A stretch of DNA of 64,000 nt from Thermomicrobiales bacterium (GTDB lineage: Bacteria; Chloroflexota; Chloroflexia; Thermomicrobiales; UBA6265), in NCBI GenBank assembly GCA_035708745.1, contig DASTFJ010000158.1, forward strand, positions 53,641 to 117,640. The letters run 5' to 3'. The position numbers were made by a program, and so were the translations under genes. Below the pieces are notes generated by a model. The model made no database searches. It worked only from the letters and a program-made list of their open reading frames with translations, and was not told the origin of the DNA. This document shows positions 19,285-29,420 of this stretch, piece by piece (the stretch's first letter is position 1; every line of letters starts with the position of its first letter).

Positions 19285-20475
19285 CTAGAGCTCCGGAATG
19301 ACGCGCCCAGGATTGAGCGCGGACCATGGGTCGAATTGACGTTTGAGCTGACGCATGAGCTCCAGATTTGATTCAGGCGTCCCGAAGGCTTCGACACCCG
19401 CGTGAACCGCCTGCGGCGCGCTCAGGAGCAGTACGCTGCGTCCAGACGCGCGTAGCTCGGCAATGGCATTGATATGGTCCCCGGAGCGCGCGGCTCCAGA
19501 GCGAACGACGAGCCGCACCGTTCCTAACCCCGGTGAAGCGCGAATATCTTCGATGGAGTCGGCGAACGCCGACAGGGCGGCAGTTGTCGTCGCAGAAATC
19601 TCCGTGGGCCGGCCACGCACTTGCAGAGTGAGCAACTCGGGATCGGTCGGAATTGCTTCCGTGCGCACATAGCCATTCCAGAATTGCCTGCTCTCGTCCC
19701 GAGACAGCAGGGTCGCATCGCCGAGCCGGTCTGCGAGCTCGCGGGCCATCTGATCGACCGTCGCCGGGCGACCTTCGATGCGGATCGATTCGGTCCAGTG
19801 ATCGCCAGTTCGGCGGGACTCATAGGCAATGGGGCGAATGCGGCCGACATGAATGGCAAGCCGGTCACCTTCGAGCTGGTCGAAGGTTGCGCGCTCCACG
19901 AGGACCGTTGCCTCGGCGCGAGCCGCGGGCACCAGCTTGAAATTCGCGCTGACCACAACCCCAAGGGTTCCGAGCGCGCCAAGGTGCATTCGCATCAAGT
20001 CGAAGCCGCTCACGTTTTTCACGACCATGCCGCCGGCGTTGCCGAGCGTGCCATCGGGGTAGGCTGCCTGGATCCCGATCAACGCGTCGCGCAGCGAACC
20101 CGAGCCATAGCGCCGCGGACCGCAGAGTCCGGTGGCGATTAGGCCGCCAATTGTTTCGCTCTCCGGCAAGGGCACATCGATCGGGATGGTCAGGCCCCGC
20201 TCCGCCAGCGTTTGCCAAACCGACGCCATCGTTGCGCCTGCCTCGACCGAGAGCGTCATATCGTCAGGCTCGTAGGCAAGCACTCGATTCAGTTTGGCGG
20301 TCGACAGCTTGATCGTATCGCGGCTGAGCGGGTTGCCGAACGCGAGCTTGCTTCCGCCCCCCACCGGGGTTATCGCATTGCCGCTGGCAGCGGCCTCGGC
20401 AAGGATGTTCGCCAGCTCGCGTGGGGTTGCCGGGGCTTCGAGAAGGGTGCTGTGATTAGAGAGGATAGATGCCAT
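19285..20475 (-). CDS. glcE: Glycolate oxidase FAD-binding subunit
   Basis: FAD_binding_4-type N-terminus (ITPVGGGSKLAFGN). Positioned between glcD and glcF. Confidence 0.82.
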   Translation of the reverse strand: MASILSNHSTLLEAPATPRELANILAEAAASGNAITPVGGGSKLAFGNPLSRDTIKLSTAKLNRVLAYEPDDMTLSVEAGATMASVWQTLAERGLTIPIDVPLPESETIGGLIATGLCGPRRYGSGSLRDALIGIQAAYPDGTLGNAGGMVVKNVSGFDLMRMHLGALGTLGVVVSANFKLVPAARAEATVLVERATFDQLEGDRLAIHVGRIRPIAYESRRTGDHWTESIRIEGRPATVDQMARELADRLGDATLLSRDESRQFWNGYVRTEAIPTDPELLTLQVRGRPTEISATTTAALSAFADSIEDIRASPGLGTVRLVVRSGAARSGDHINAIAELRASGRSVLLLSAPQAVHAGVEAFGTPESNLELMRQLKRQFDPWSALNPGRVIPEL

Positions 20476-21913
20476 ATTTCTGTGCCAATGCGGCGTTGTA
20501 GTGCGCTCGCACCTCGCCGCACATGTAGCCTTTCGGAAAGAGCTTTTCGGGATTCATGGCGCCAGCCGGGTCGAACGCCTGTTTGATTCCGGCCATCGCC
20601 GCCAGATCTTCATCGGTATAAACCAGGGTCATGTAATCGCGCTTTTCGGTGCCGATGCCGTGTTCGCCTGAGAGCGCGCCGCCGATACTCACGCAGTATT
20701 TGATCAGCTCCTTGCTGGCGCCGACGACCTTCTCGACATCGCTCTTGTTCATGCGGTCGAAGAGCATCAACGGGTGCAGGTTGCCGTCGCCGGCATGGAA
20801 GACGTTTGCGATCGGCAGGTCGAAATCCTTCGAAATCTCCTGAACCTGGGAGAGGGTCTGAGGTAGCTTCGTGCGCGGCACCACCGTGTCATGCAGGTAG
20901 TAGCTCGGCGCCAACCGCCCCATGGCCGCGATTGCCATCTTGCGGCCCTTCCAGAGCAGATCGCGCTCCATCTCGGTGATCGCCTGCCGCACCAGAAACG
21001 CCCCGGCATCTTTGCAAATGCCTTCGATCTCGCGGGCAATATCCTCGACGTCCTCGGTGACGCCGTCGGTTTCCACGAGCAGCACCGCCCCCGCTTCCAT
21101 CGGGTATCCGGCGTGGTACGCCGGCTCGACCGCCTGGATGGTGAGGTTGTCCATCATTTCCAGCGCCGCCGGGAGAATGCCAGCGCCGATGATGCGCGAC
21201 ACCGCCAGCGATGCGCTTTCGACCGTGGGAAAGGCCGCCAGCTGCACCGAGATCGTTTCCGGTTTCGGCGTAAGGCGGACGAGCGCCTTGGTGACGATCC
21301 CCAGCATGCCCTCGGAACCAACGAACACGCCGGTCAGATCGTATCCCGCATGTTCTTCGCCTCTTCCGCCGATCCAGCGCACCTTGCCGTCCGGGTCCAC
21401 CACCTCGAGACCGAGAATGTGATTCGTGGTGACGCCGTATTTTAGGCAATGCGGGCCTCCAGAATTTTCGGCGACGTTGCCACCGATCGTGCAGGCGCGC
21501 TGGCTGGAGGGATCGGGCGCGAAGAAATAGCCGCCCGGCTTGACCCAATCGCTGAGCTCGAGATTGATCACTCCTGGCTCGACCAGTGCCACGCGATTCT
21601 CGTAATCGACCTCGATGATGCTCGCCATACGGGTCAGCGCGATGACGATGCCCCCGTTTTGGGCAACCGACCCACCAGACAACCCCGTCCCGGCGCCGCG
21701 CGGAACGATTGGTAGCGAATTGGCTCGCGCGATGCGCACCACCTCGGCTACCTGCTCGACCGTTCGCGGGAGCACGACCGCTGCTGGTTTCGCGGTTTCG
21801 ACCGCGGCATCGACCGAACCATCGTACTCGTAGACGAGCAGATCGGACGATCCGCCGAAGACATTTCCGGCGCCGACTGCGCGTTCGAGCGATGAGATCA
21901 ACGGGGTCGTCAT
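20456..21913 (-). CDS. glcD: Glycolate oxidase / FAD-linked oxidase subunit GlcD
   Basis: PRGAGTGLSGGS plus a C-terminal GGALSGEHGIG FAD-oxidase_C motif. ATG 21913 (MTTPLISSLE) is preferred over the track start at 21970. Confidence 0.88.
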   Translation of the reverse strand: MTTPLISSLERAVGAGNVFGGSSDLLVYEYDGSVDAAVETAKPAAVVLPRTVEQVAEVVRIARANSLPIVPRGAGTGLSGGSVAQNGGIVIALTRMASIIEVDYENRVALVEPGVINLELSDWVKPGGYFFAPDPSSQRACTIGGNVAENSGGPHCLKYGVTTNHILGLEVVDPDGKVRWIGGRGEEHAGYDLTGVFVGSEGMLGIVTKALVRLTPKPETISVQLAAFPTVESASLAVSRIIGAGILPAALEMMDNLTIQAVEPAYHAGYPMEAGAVLLVETDGVTEDVEDIAREIEGICKDAGAFLVRQAITEMERDLLWKGRKMAIAAMGRLAPSYYLHDTVVPRTKLPQTLSQVQEISKDFDLPIANVFHAGDGNLHPLMLFDRMNKSDVEKVVGASKELIKYCVSIGGALSGEHGIGTEKRDYMTLVYTDEDLAAMAGIKQAFDPAGAMNPEKLFPKGYMCGEVRAHYNAALAQKYGIYPL

Positions 21914-22027
21914 GATACGTGGGGGAGTAAGCCGGATACGAGCAGCACAATCATGCCCGTATTGTGCCATGGTTCGCTTGCCGCCAACGGCGCGAGAATG
22001 GTCTGGCTCTTGCAGTGAGGAACGAAG

Positions 22028-23236
22028 ATGCGCAACACCCAGATTGCTGTGATCGGCGGCGGAATCGTCGGTGGGTCGATCGCCTGGCAGCTCGCTCTAC
22101 GAAACGCCGGCCAGGTGACTCTATACGAAAAATCCGTCATCGCCGCCGGAGCCAGTGGGCGAACCGGCGCACTGCTTCGCCGGCACTACACCAATGAAGC
22201 CGAGGCTCGGCTCGCTCAGCTTGGTTGGGAGACGTATCGCAATTGGGACGAACGCGTCGGCGGCTCGTGTGGTTATGTGCCCTGGCCGGTCGTTGTGACC
22301 GTCGCCACAAAAGGCGAATACGCGAGTAACGTCGAGCTGATGCGCGAGAACATTGCGATGCAAAACCGGCTCGGCATCGATGCTCGCCTAATCAGCGCGA
22401 TCGAGCTCGCAGAGCTCCAGCCGCGCACATTCGTCGGCGATGTCGATTTCGTGTCATACGAACCCGATAGCGGCTATGTCGACTCGATTCAGGCGACGAC
22501 GTCGATGATCGAAGCCGCCACGCGCGCCGGGGCCACAATTCGGGAAGGTATCGAAGTCACCGGCATACAGACGACCGGCGGGCGGGCAAATGGAGTAACG
22601 ACATCCGCTGGATCGTTTCCTGCCGACATCGTAATTTGTGCGGGTGGACCATGGTCGACCGCGCTCATGGAAACGGCCGGCGTGGCGGTGCCCATTTCGG
22701 CCATTCGCGTGCAAGTCATCATTGCGCAGCGACCGATCGAGCTCCTCGAACCGCATTTCATCTATCTGGATACGGTCGCCGGCATATTCACTCGCCCGTG
22801 GGGACCCGGCAGAAGTCTGGTTGGCATAGCCGGGGGCGACCAGCATGACGAGGTCGATCCGAACGAAGCGAATCTGTTCAACGACCATGGCTATCCGCCC
22901 AAAGCCATCGAGGCGATGGCCCGGAGAATTCCCGCCATGAAAAATGCTCGATATCTGCACGGGCACGCTGGGCTTTACGACATGACTCCGGACGCCCATC
23001 CTTTCATCGGCGCAGCCGGTGTGGATGGCCTCTATGTGGCGGCAGGTTTCAGTGGAGCCGGCTTCAAGAAAGCACCAGGCGTAGGCATCGCTCTGGCCGA
23101 AATGATCTTGGACGGCGAAGCCAGGTCAGCGGATCTGGCTCCCTTTGCACTTTCGCGCTTTGAATCAAACGCGTGGAAGCAGCCTTGGAGTGCCACGGAA
23201 TACCACTTCGACTCTGACTTCGGCCATGGCCTGTAG
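22028..23236 (+). CDS. FAD-dependent oxidoreductase (DAO family; sarcosine/glycine-oxidase-like)
   Basis: N-terminal dinucleotide fold IAVIGGGIVGGSIAWQLA. About 400 aa, DAO-like. Substrate unknown. Confidence 0.8.
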   Translation: MRNTQIAVIGGGIVGGSIAWQLALRNAGQVTLYEKSVIAAGASGRTGALLRRHYTNEAEARLAQLGWETYRNWDERVGGSCGYVPWPVVVTVATKGEYASNVELMRENIAMQNRLGIDARLISAIELAELQPRTFVGDVDFVSYEPDSGYVDSIQATTSMIEAATRAGATIREGIEVTGIQTTGGRANGVTTSAGSFPADIVICAGGPWSTALMETAGVAVPISAIRVQVIIAQRPIELLEPHFIYLDTVAGIFTRPWGPGRSLVGIAGGDQHDEVDPNEANLFNDHGYPPKAIEAMARRIPAMKNARYLHGHAGLYDMTPDAHPFIGAAGVDGLYVAAGFSGAGFKKAPGVGIALAEMILDGEARSADLAPFALSRFESNAWKQPWSATEYHFDSDFGHGL

Positions 23237-23329
23237 TCCGGGAAACGTCAAGCGAAGAATGTCCGCATCTCCGTTCGTATCTTTCAACTGGTCTTGATAT
23301 GAGCAGCCGCGTAGCGAAGTGGACTGAAC

Positions 23330-23815
23330 ATGCGGATGCGAACCTACTCCACGTGGTCGAAGGTCCGGCTCATTTACAGCGGATTTCTCTCTTTGCTTAT
23401 CGGTTCCATCTTTGCGCTCGTCGGTTTTTTTATGGTGGCGGTTGCCGCGGCCGATATTGGGCAACCCGATGCGGGTAAGCGTGCCTTCCTGGGTACTGTC
23501 TGCCTTTTGGCCGGGTTCGTCATCATAATGATCGGCCGAAGATACGTCTGGAAGTGGGCATATGAAGTTCGCCTGGGAGATGACGGTTCGCTAGAATTCG
23601 TGTCTCTCGCGCGCACTCGTCGCATGCGTGCCCAGGATCTGATTGCAATCGATCGTACGTACGTTCGCCTGCCGACTCGCGGAGAGGATCCTCGACAGCT
23701 CGTGATTCGTTCGCGCGACGACAGTGCCCACGTGCCATTCTTTCCGGCCGTCGAGGCGCTCATCGGCGAACTACAGGCAAAGAACCCCTCCCTGACTGTC
23801 CCAGGTAATTGGTGA
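23330..23815 (+). CDS. Hypothetical two-TM protein with soluble C-terminal domain
   Basis: ORF with two hydrophobic helices (FLSLLIGSIFALVGFFMVAVAA, FLGTVCLLAGFVIIMIG) and a ~90-aa C-terminal domain. No family recognised. Confidence 0.5.
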   Translation: MRMRTYSTWSKVRLIYSGFLSLLIGSIFALVGFFMVAVAAADIGQPDAGKRAFLGTVCLLAGFVIIMIGRRYVWKWAYEVRLGDDGSLEFVSLARTRRMRAQDLIAIDRTYVRLPTRGEDPRQLVIRSRDDSAHVPFFPAVEALIGELQAKNPSLTVPGNW

Positions 23816-23856
23816 GGGTACCCCCGACAAGTACTAGCTGCGATTGATTCGTCAGG

Positions 23857-23897
23857 GCTCGGAGTCCAGAGAGACCAAATCTCTCCGGACTCCGAGC
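23857..23897. terminator. Long hairpin between convergent genes (bidirectional terminator candidate)
   Basis: GCTCGGAGTCCAGAGAG-ACCAAAT-CTCTCCGGACTCCGAGC forms a 17-bp stem with one mismatch. There is no clear U-tract on either side. Confidence 0.5.
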
Positions 23898-23909
23898 TCG
23901 GCCGCGCGA

Positions 23910-24986
23910 CTACAGCCGCTCCACAATCGCCTGAGTCATCTCCGTGGTCGTGGCTGCCTTCGACGGATCTCGGTCGATTCGCAGGTCGTAGGTGACGCGG
24001 TCGCCATCGGCGATGACACCAGCAACCGCGTTTTCGACACGCTCGGCCGCATCCTGTTCACCCAGATGCCTCAACATCATCGCGCCGGATAAGATCATGG
24101 CCGTCGGGTCGGCCTCGTTCTTCCCCGCATGACTGGGTGCGGATCCGTGGATCGGCTCGAAGACAGCCGCCTCGGTGCCGATATTGCCGCTGGGCGCGAC
24201 CCCGAGACCGCCGATCATGCCAGCCACAAGATCGCTGACGATATCGCCGTAGAGGTTGGCCATCACCAGGACGTCGTATTCGTCCGGCTTTTGCATGAGC
24301 TGCATGCACATGTTGTCGATGATGCGGTCGTTCGATTCGATGTCGGGATACTCACTGGCGACCTGCTGTGCGACCTTCAAGAAGAGTCCGTCGGAGAACT
24401 TCATGATGTTCGCCTTGTGGACGATCGTCACCTTCTTGCGGCCGTTGGCGCGGGCATAGTCGAAGGCAAAGCGTACGATCCGCTCGGTATTCTCCGGTGT
24501 GATGAGCTTGATGCTAAGGGAGGCATCCGGCTCGATCTGCCGTTTGCTGCGCGCATTGATGTAATCGATGACCTCGGTTGCTTCCCGGGTGCCGGTGTCG
24601 AACTCGATACCGGAGTACATCCCCTCGAGGTTCTCGCGAACCACCACCAGATCGACGTGCTCGAATGGCGCCTGTACGCCCTTGATCGTCTTGCCGGGTC
24701 GTAGATTGGCATAGAGATTGAGCGCATGACGAAGTCCGACATTGACGCTGCGGAATCCGCTGCCAATGGGTGTGGTGATCGGTCCCTTGAGACCAACACC
24801 ATTCGCCTTGACCGAATCGAGCGTAGCCTGAGGCAGCACATCCCCGTGCGTTTCCATGGCTTCGATCCCGGCGGGTTGGACGTCCCAGTCGAATGCAACG
24901 CCAGTTGCATCGAGCACGGAGCGGGTTGCCTCGGCAACTTCCGGCCCGATTCCATCGCCCGGAATCAATGTCACACGATACGTCAT
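23910..24986 (-). CDS. icd: Isocitrate/isopropylmalate dehydrogenase family, most like NAD-dependent isocitrate dehydrogenase
   Basis: TLIPGDGIGPEV, GLKGPITTPIGSGFRSVNVGLR, NLYANLRP, VVVRENLEGMYSG and NLYGDIVSDL are family signatures. Specificity (ICDH versus homoisocitrate/IPMDH) cannot be settled by eye. Confidence 0.8.
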   Translation of the reverse strand: MTYRVTLIPGDGIGPEVAEATRSVLDATGVAFDWDVQPAGIEAMETHGDVLPQATLDSVKANGVGLKGPITTPIGSGFRSVNVGLRHALNLYANLRPGKTIKGVQAPFEHVDLVVVRENLEGMYSGIEFDTGTREATEVIDYINARSKRQIEPDASLSIKLITPENTERIVRFAFDYARANGRKKVTIVHKANIMKFSDGLFLKVAQQVASEYPDIESNDRIIDNMCMQLMQKPDEYDVLVMANLYGDIVSDLVAGMIGGLGVAPSGNIGTEAAVFEPIHGSAPSHAGKNEADPTAMILSGAMMLRHLGEQDAAERVENAVAGVIADGDRVTYDLRIDRDPSKAATTTEMTQAIVERL

Positions 24987-25107
24987 CGTTTCTCCTTTAC
25001 CAGACAGTCAAATTCGCTCGTCGCCCATTCTCGCATGGGCCGTCGCCTTCGTTCATTCGTGGCACACTCGACGCATGAGGGCGACGCTGGAACGAGGAGC
25101 TTACGGA

Positions 25108-26676
25108 ATGGATAAATCGATAGCTGCCGGCCCGGTGGTGCTGGTGATTCTGGATGGATGGGGGCTGGCGCCGGACGGTCCCGGTAATGCGGTCGCGCTC
25201 GCCGATACCCCGGTCATGGATTCGCTTTGGCGTGACTACCCGCGTACCACGCTCACAACCAGCGGTCTCGATGTCGGACTCCCTTCGGGACAGATGGGCA
25301 ACTCCGAGGTCGGCCATCTCAATATCGGGGCCGGCTATATTGTCGACCAGTGGATTACCCGCATCGACAAAGCAATCGCAGACGGCTCCTTCGCGGAGGA
25401 ACCCGTATTGGTCGATGGGATCGACCAATGCAAAGCGCGCGGCGGGGCGCTTCATCTGCTCGGTTTGATCGGCAATGGTGGCGTCCACAGTCATAGCGAT
25501 CATCTCGTGGCACTGGTCGCGGTTGCCGCGCTGCGAGGAATGAAGCGCGTTTATGTCCACGCTTTCACCGATGGCCGCGATACCTCGCCGACGTCCTCGG
25601 GCGATTTCATTCGCTCGATTCAGGATCAATTCCAGCGTATGGGCGTCGGTCGTATCGTGACCGTAACCGGGCGCTACTTCGCCATGGACCGCGACAAGCG
25701 CTGGGAACGTACTCGCGCCGCATACGAGGCGGTCGTCGAGGGGAAGGGCCGCGAGTTTTCCTCGGCCCTGGCGTGCGTCGAAACGTTGCATCGCGAGGGT
25801 ACGACCGACGAATTCATTCCGCCTTCGCTCATCGTTCCACCCGGCTCAAACCCCATATCGATCAAACCCGAAGACACCGCGATCTTCTTCAACTTTCGGT
25901 CCGATCGAGGACGGCAGCTTTCCCAGGCACTTGCCAATCCCAATTTCTCCGGCTTCGAGCGTTCGGCCGATCTTTCCGACTCGATCGAGCTACTGACGAT
26001 GACTCACTACATGGACGACCTGCGGGCAACGGTGATCTTCGAGGAGAAAAACATCGATCGGCCGCTGGCACAGGTCATTAGTGAAGCGGGTCTCGCACAG
26101 CTTCACGTCGCCGAAACCGAGAAATATGCGCATGTCACCTTCTTCCTCAACGGCGGCAGGGAAGAACCGTTTCCGGGTGAGGACCGGGCACTCGTACCCT
26201 CTCCCAAAGTTGCCACCTACGATCTGCAGCCGGAGATGAGCGCTCAGGCGGTGAGCGCGGCCGTGGTCGATGCCGTCGAAGGTGGTCGCTATCGCTTCAT
26301 CGTCGTGAATTTCGCCAACGGGGATATGGTCGGGCACACGGGCGTCGTCCCAGCGGCCGTCAAGGCGATCGAAACAGTCGATCGTTGTTTGGGCCAAGTC
26401 GTCGGCGCGGTGCGTGCGACCTGGGGATCGGCACTGATTATTGCCGATCACGGTAATGCCGAAGAAGAGATCGATCCGGTCACCGGCGGTCCTATGACCG
26501 CGCATACCACCAATCCCGTGCCTTGCATCCTGGTGACGCCAGACAACAGCGAGTGGCGGCATATCGAGCTCCGTAGCGGAGCGAGCCTGTCATCGGTCGC
26601 CCCAACCATCCTCGATCTCCTGGACCTGACCACACCACCGTCGATGACCGCGCCATCCCTGCTCGATCAATACTAA
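25108..26676 (+). CDS. gpmI: 2,3-bisphosphoglycerate-independent phosphoglycerate mutase
   Basis: ATG 25108 with GAGGAG upstream gives MDKSIAAGPVVLVILDGWG... It also has MGNSEVGHLNIGAG and ADHGNAE. Confidence 0.95.
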   Translation: MDKSIAAGPVVLVILDGWGLAPDGPGNAVALADTPVMDSLWRDYPRTTLTTSGLDVGLPSGQMGNSEVGHLNIGAGYIVDQWITRIDKAIADGSFAEEPVLVDGIDQCKARGGALHLLGLIGNGGVHSHSDHLVALVAVAALRGMKRVYVHAFTDGRDTSPTSSGDFIRSIQDQFQRMGVGRIVTVTGRYFAMDRDKRWERTRAAYEAVVEGKGREFSSALACVETLHREGTTDEFIPPSLIVPPGSNPISIKPEDTAIFFNFRSDRGRQLSQALANPNFSGFERSADLSDSIELLTMTHYMDDLRATVIFEEKNIDRPLAQVISEAGLAQLHVAETEKYAHVTFFLNGGREEPFPGEDRALVPSPKVATYDLQPEMSAQAVSAAVVDAVEGGRYRFIVVNFANGDMVGHTGVVPAAVKAIETVDRCLGQVVGAVRATWGSALIIADHGNAEEEIDPVTGGPMTAHTTNPVPCILVTPDNSEWRHIELRSGASLSSVAPTILDLLDLTTPPSMTAPSLLDQY

Positions 26677-26690
26677 GAGACACGTGGCAT

Positions 26691-28330
<1,640 letters not shown>

Positions 28331-28346
28331 CGATTGTGAACACGAC

Positions 28347-29420
28347 GTGTCTTCATTCACCGAACAACTCGAACAACTCCAGGCGGAAACCATCGCCGAC
28401 ATTTCCCGCATCTTGACAGCGGCCGAGCTGACCGAGCTCGAGCGCGAAGTGCTGGGCGGAAAAGGCAAGCTCACGACGCTGATGCGACAGCTCGGCTCGT
28501 TGAGTGCCAAGGAGCGCCCGGAAGCTGGTCGCGAATCGAACCGCGTCAAGCAGGAGATCACGACGCTCTTCACCGAGCGACAGGCGGAATTACAAGGCAT
28601 TGAGCTGACCAGTCGGCTCGAATCCGAGCGAATCGATGTCACCCTTCCCGGGCGTGAGCCACAGATCGGCGTGATCCATCCCGTTTTCCAGATGATCGAA
28701 GAACTCAGCGACATCTTCGCGTTGATGGGTTTCCAGACTGTATTCGGCCGCGAGGTCGAAAGTGGCTACTACAACTTCGACCAGCTCAACATTCCGGCGG
28801 ATCACCCTGCTCGCGACGTCTGGGACACATTCCTGGTCGAATCCGACGGCGCCGAAATCGTGCTCCGAACGCATACCTCGCCGATGCAGGCACGCGTCAT
28901 GGAGCAAACCTCGCCACCGGTCCGCGTGATCGTGCCCGGCCGTGCCTATCGCTATGAAGCGCAAGACGCTTCGCACGAGTGGATGTTCCATCAGCTCGAA
29001 GGACTCGCCGTCGATGAGCACATCACTCTGGCTGATCTCAAAGGCGTATTGCAGGAGCTTGCTCGCCAGCTTTTTGGACCGCGCCGCAAGATTCGATTCC
29101 GTTGTGACTTCTTCCCATTTGTCGAACCGGGCGTCGATTTCGCGGTCGACTGCGCAATCTGTGACGGCGCTGGTTGCCGAGTGTGCAAACACTCCGGCTG
29201 GCTGGAAATGGGTGGCGCTGGAATGGTCCACCGCAGAGTTCTGGAAGCGGTCGGATACGACGCCGACAAGTACTCCGGTTTTGCCTTTGGCCTCGGTATC
29301 GAGCGGATGGTCATGATGCGGCAGGGGGTCGACGATGTCCGCGCATTCGCTGGCAACGACCTTCGATTCCTGCGGCAATTCGCGGCCCGGGCGGCCGGTG
29401 CGAGGAGCGTGGCGGCGTGA
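28347..29420 (+). CDS. pheS: Phenylalanyl-tRNA synthetase alpha subunit
   Basis: Class II motifs are present (FRCDFFPFVEPG, GFAFGLGIERM). GTG 28347 is chosen as the start because track start 28311 lies inside the T-box terminator. Confidence 0.93.
   Translation: MSSFTEQLEQLQAETIADISRILTAAELTELEREVLGGKGKLTTLMRQLGSLSAKERPEAGRESNRVKQEITTLFTERQAELQGIELTSRLESERIDVTLPGREPQIGVIHPVFQMIEELSDIFALMGFQTVFGREVESGYYNFDQLNIPADHPARDVWDTFLVESDGAEIVLRTHTSPMQARVMEQTSPPVRVIVPGRAYRYEAQDASHEWMFHQLEGLAVDEHITLADLKGVLQELARQLFGPRRKIRFRCDFFPFVEPGVDFAVDCAICDGAGCRVCKHSGWLEMGGAGMVHRRVLEAVGYDADKYSGFAFGLGIERMVMMRQGVDDVRAFAGNDLRFLRQFAARAAGARSVAA

Noticed and set aside
20889-21950. 353-aa minus-strand ORF, with the plus-strand ORFs 20891..21445 and 20922..21422
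   Set aside because: These are alternative-frame or antisense readings of glcD. Their Arg/Gly/Pro-rich composition is typical of out-of-frame high-GC translation.
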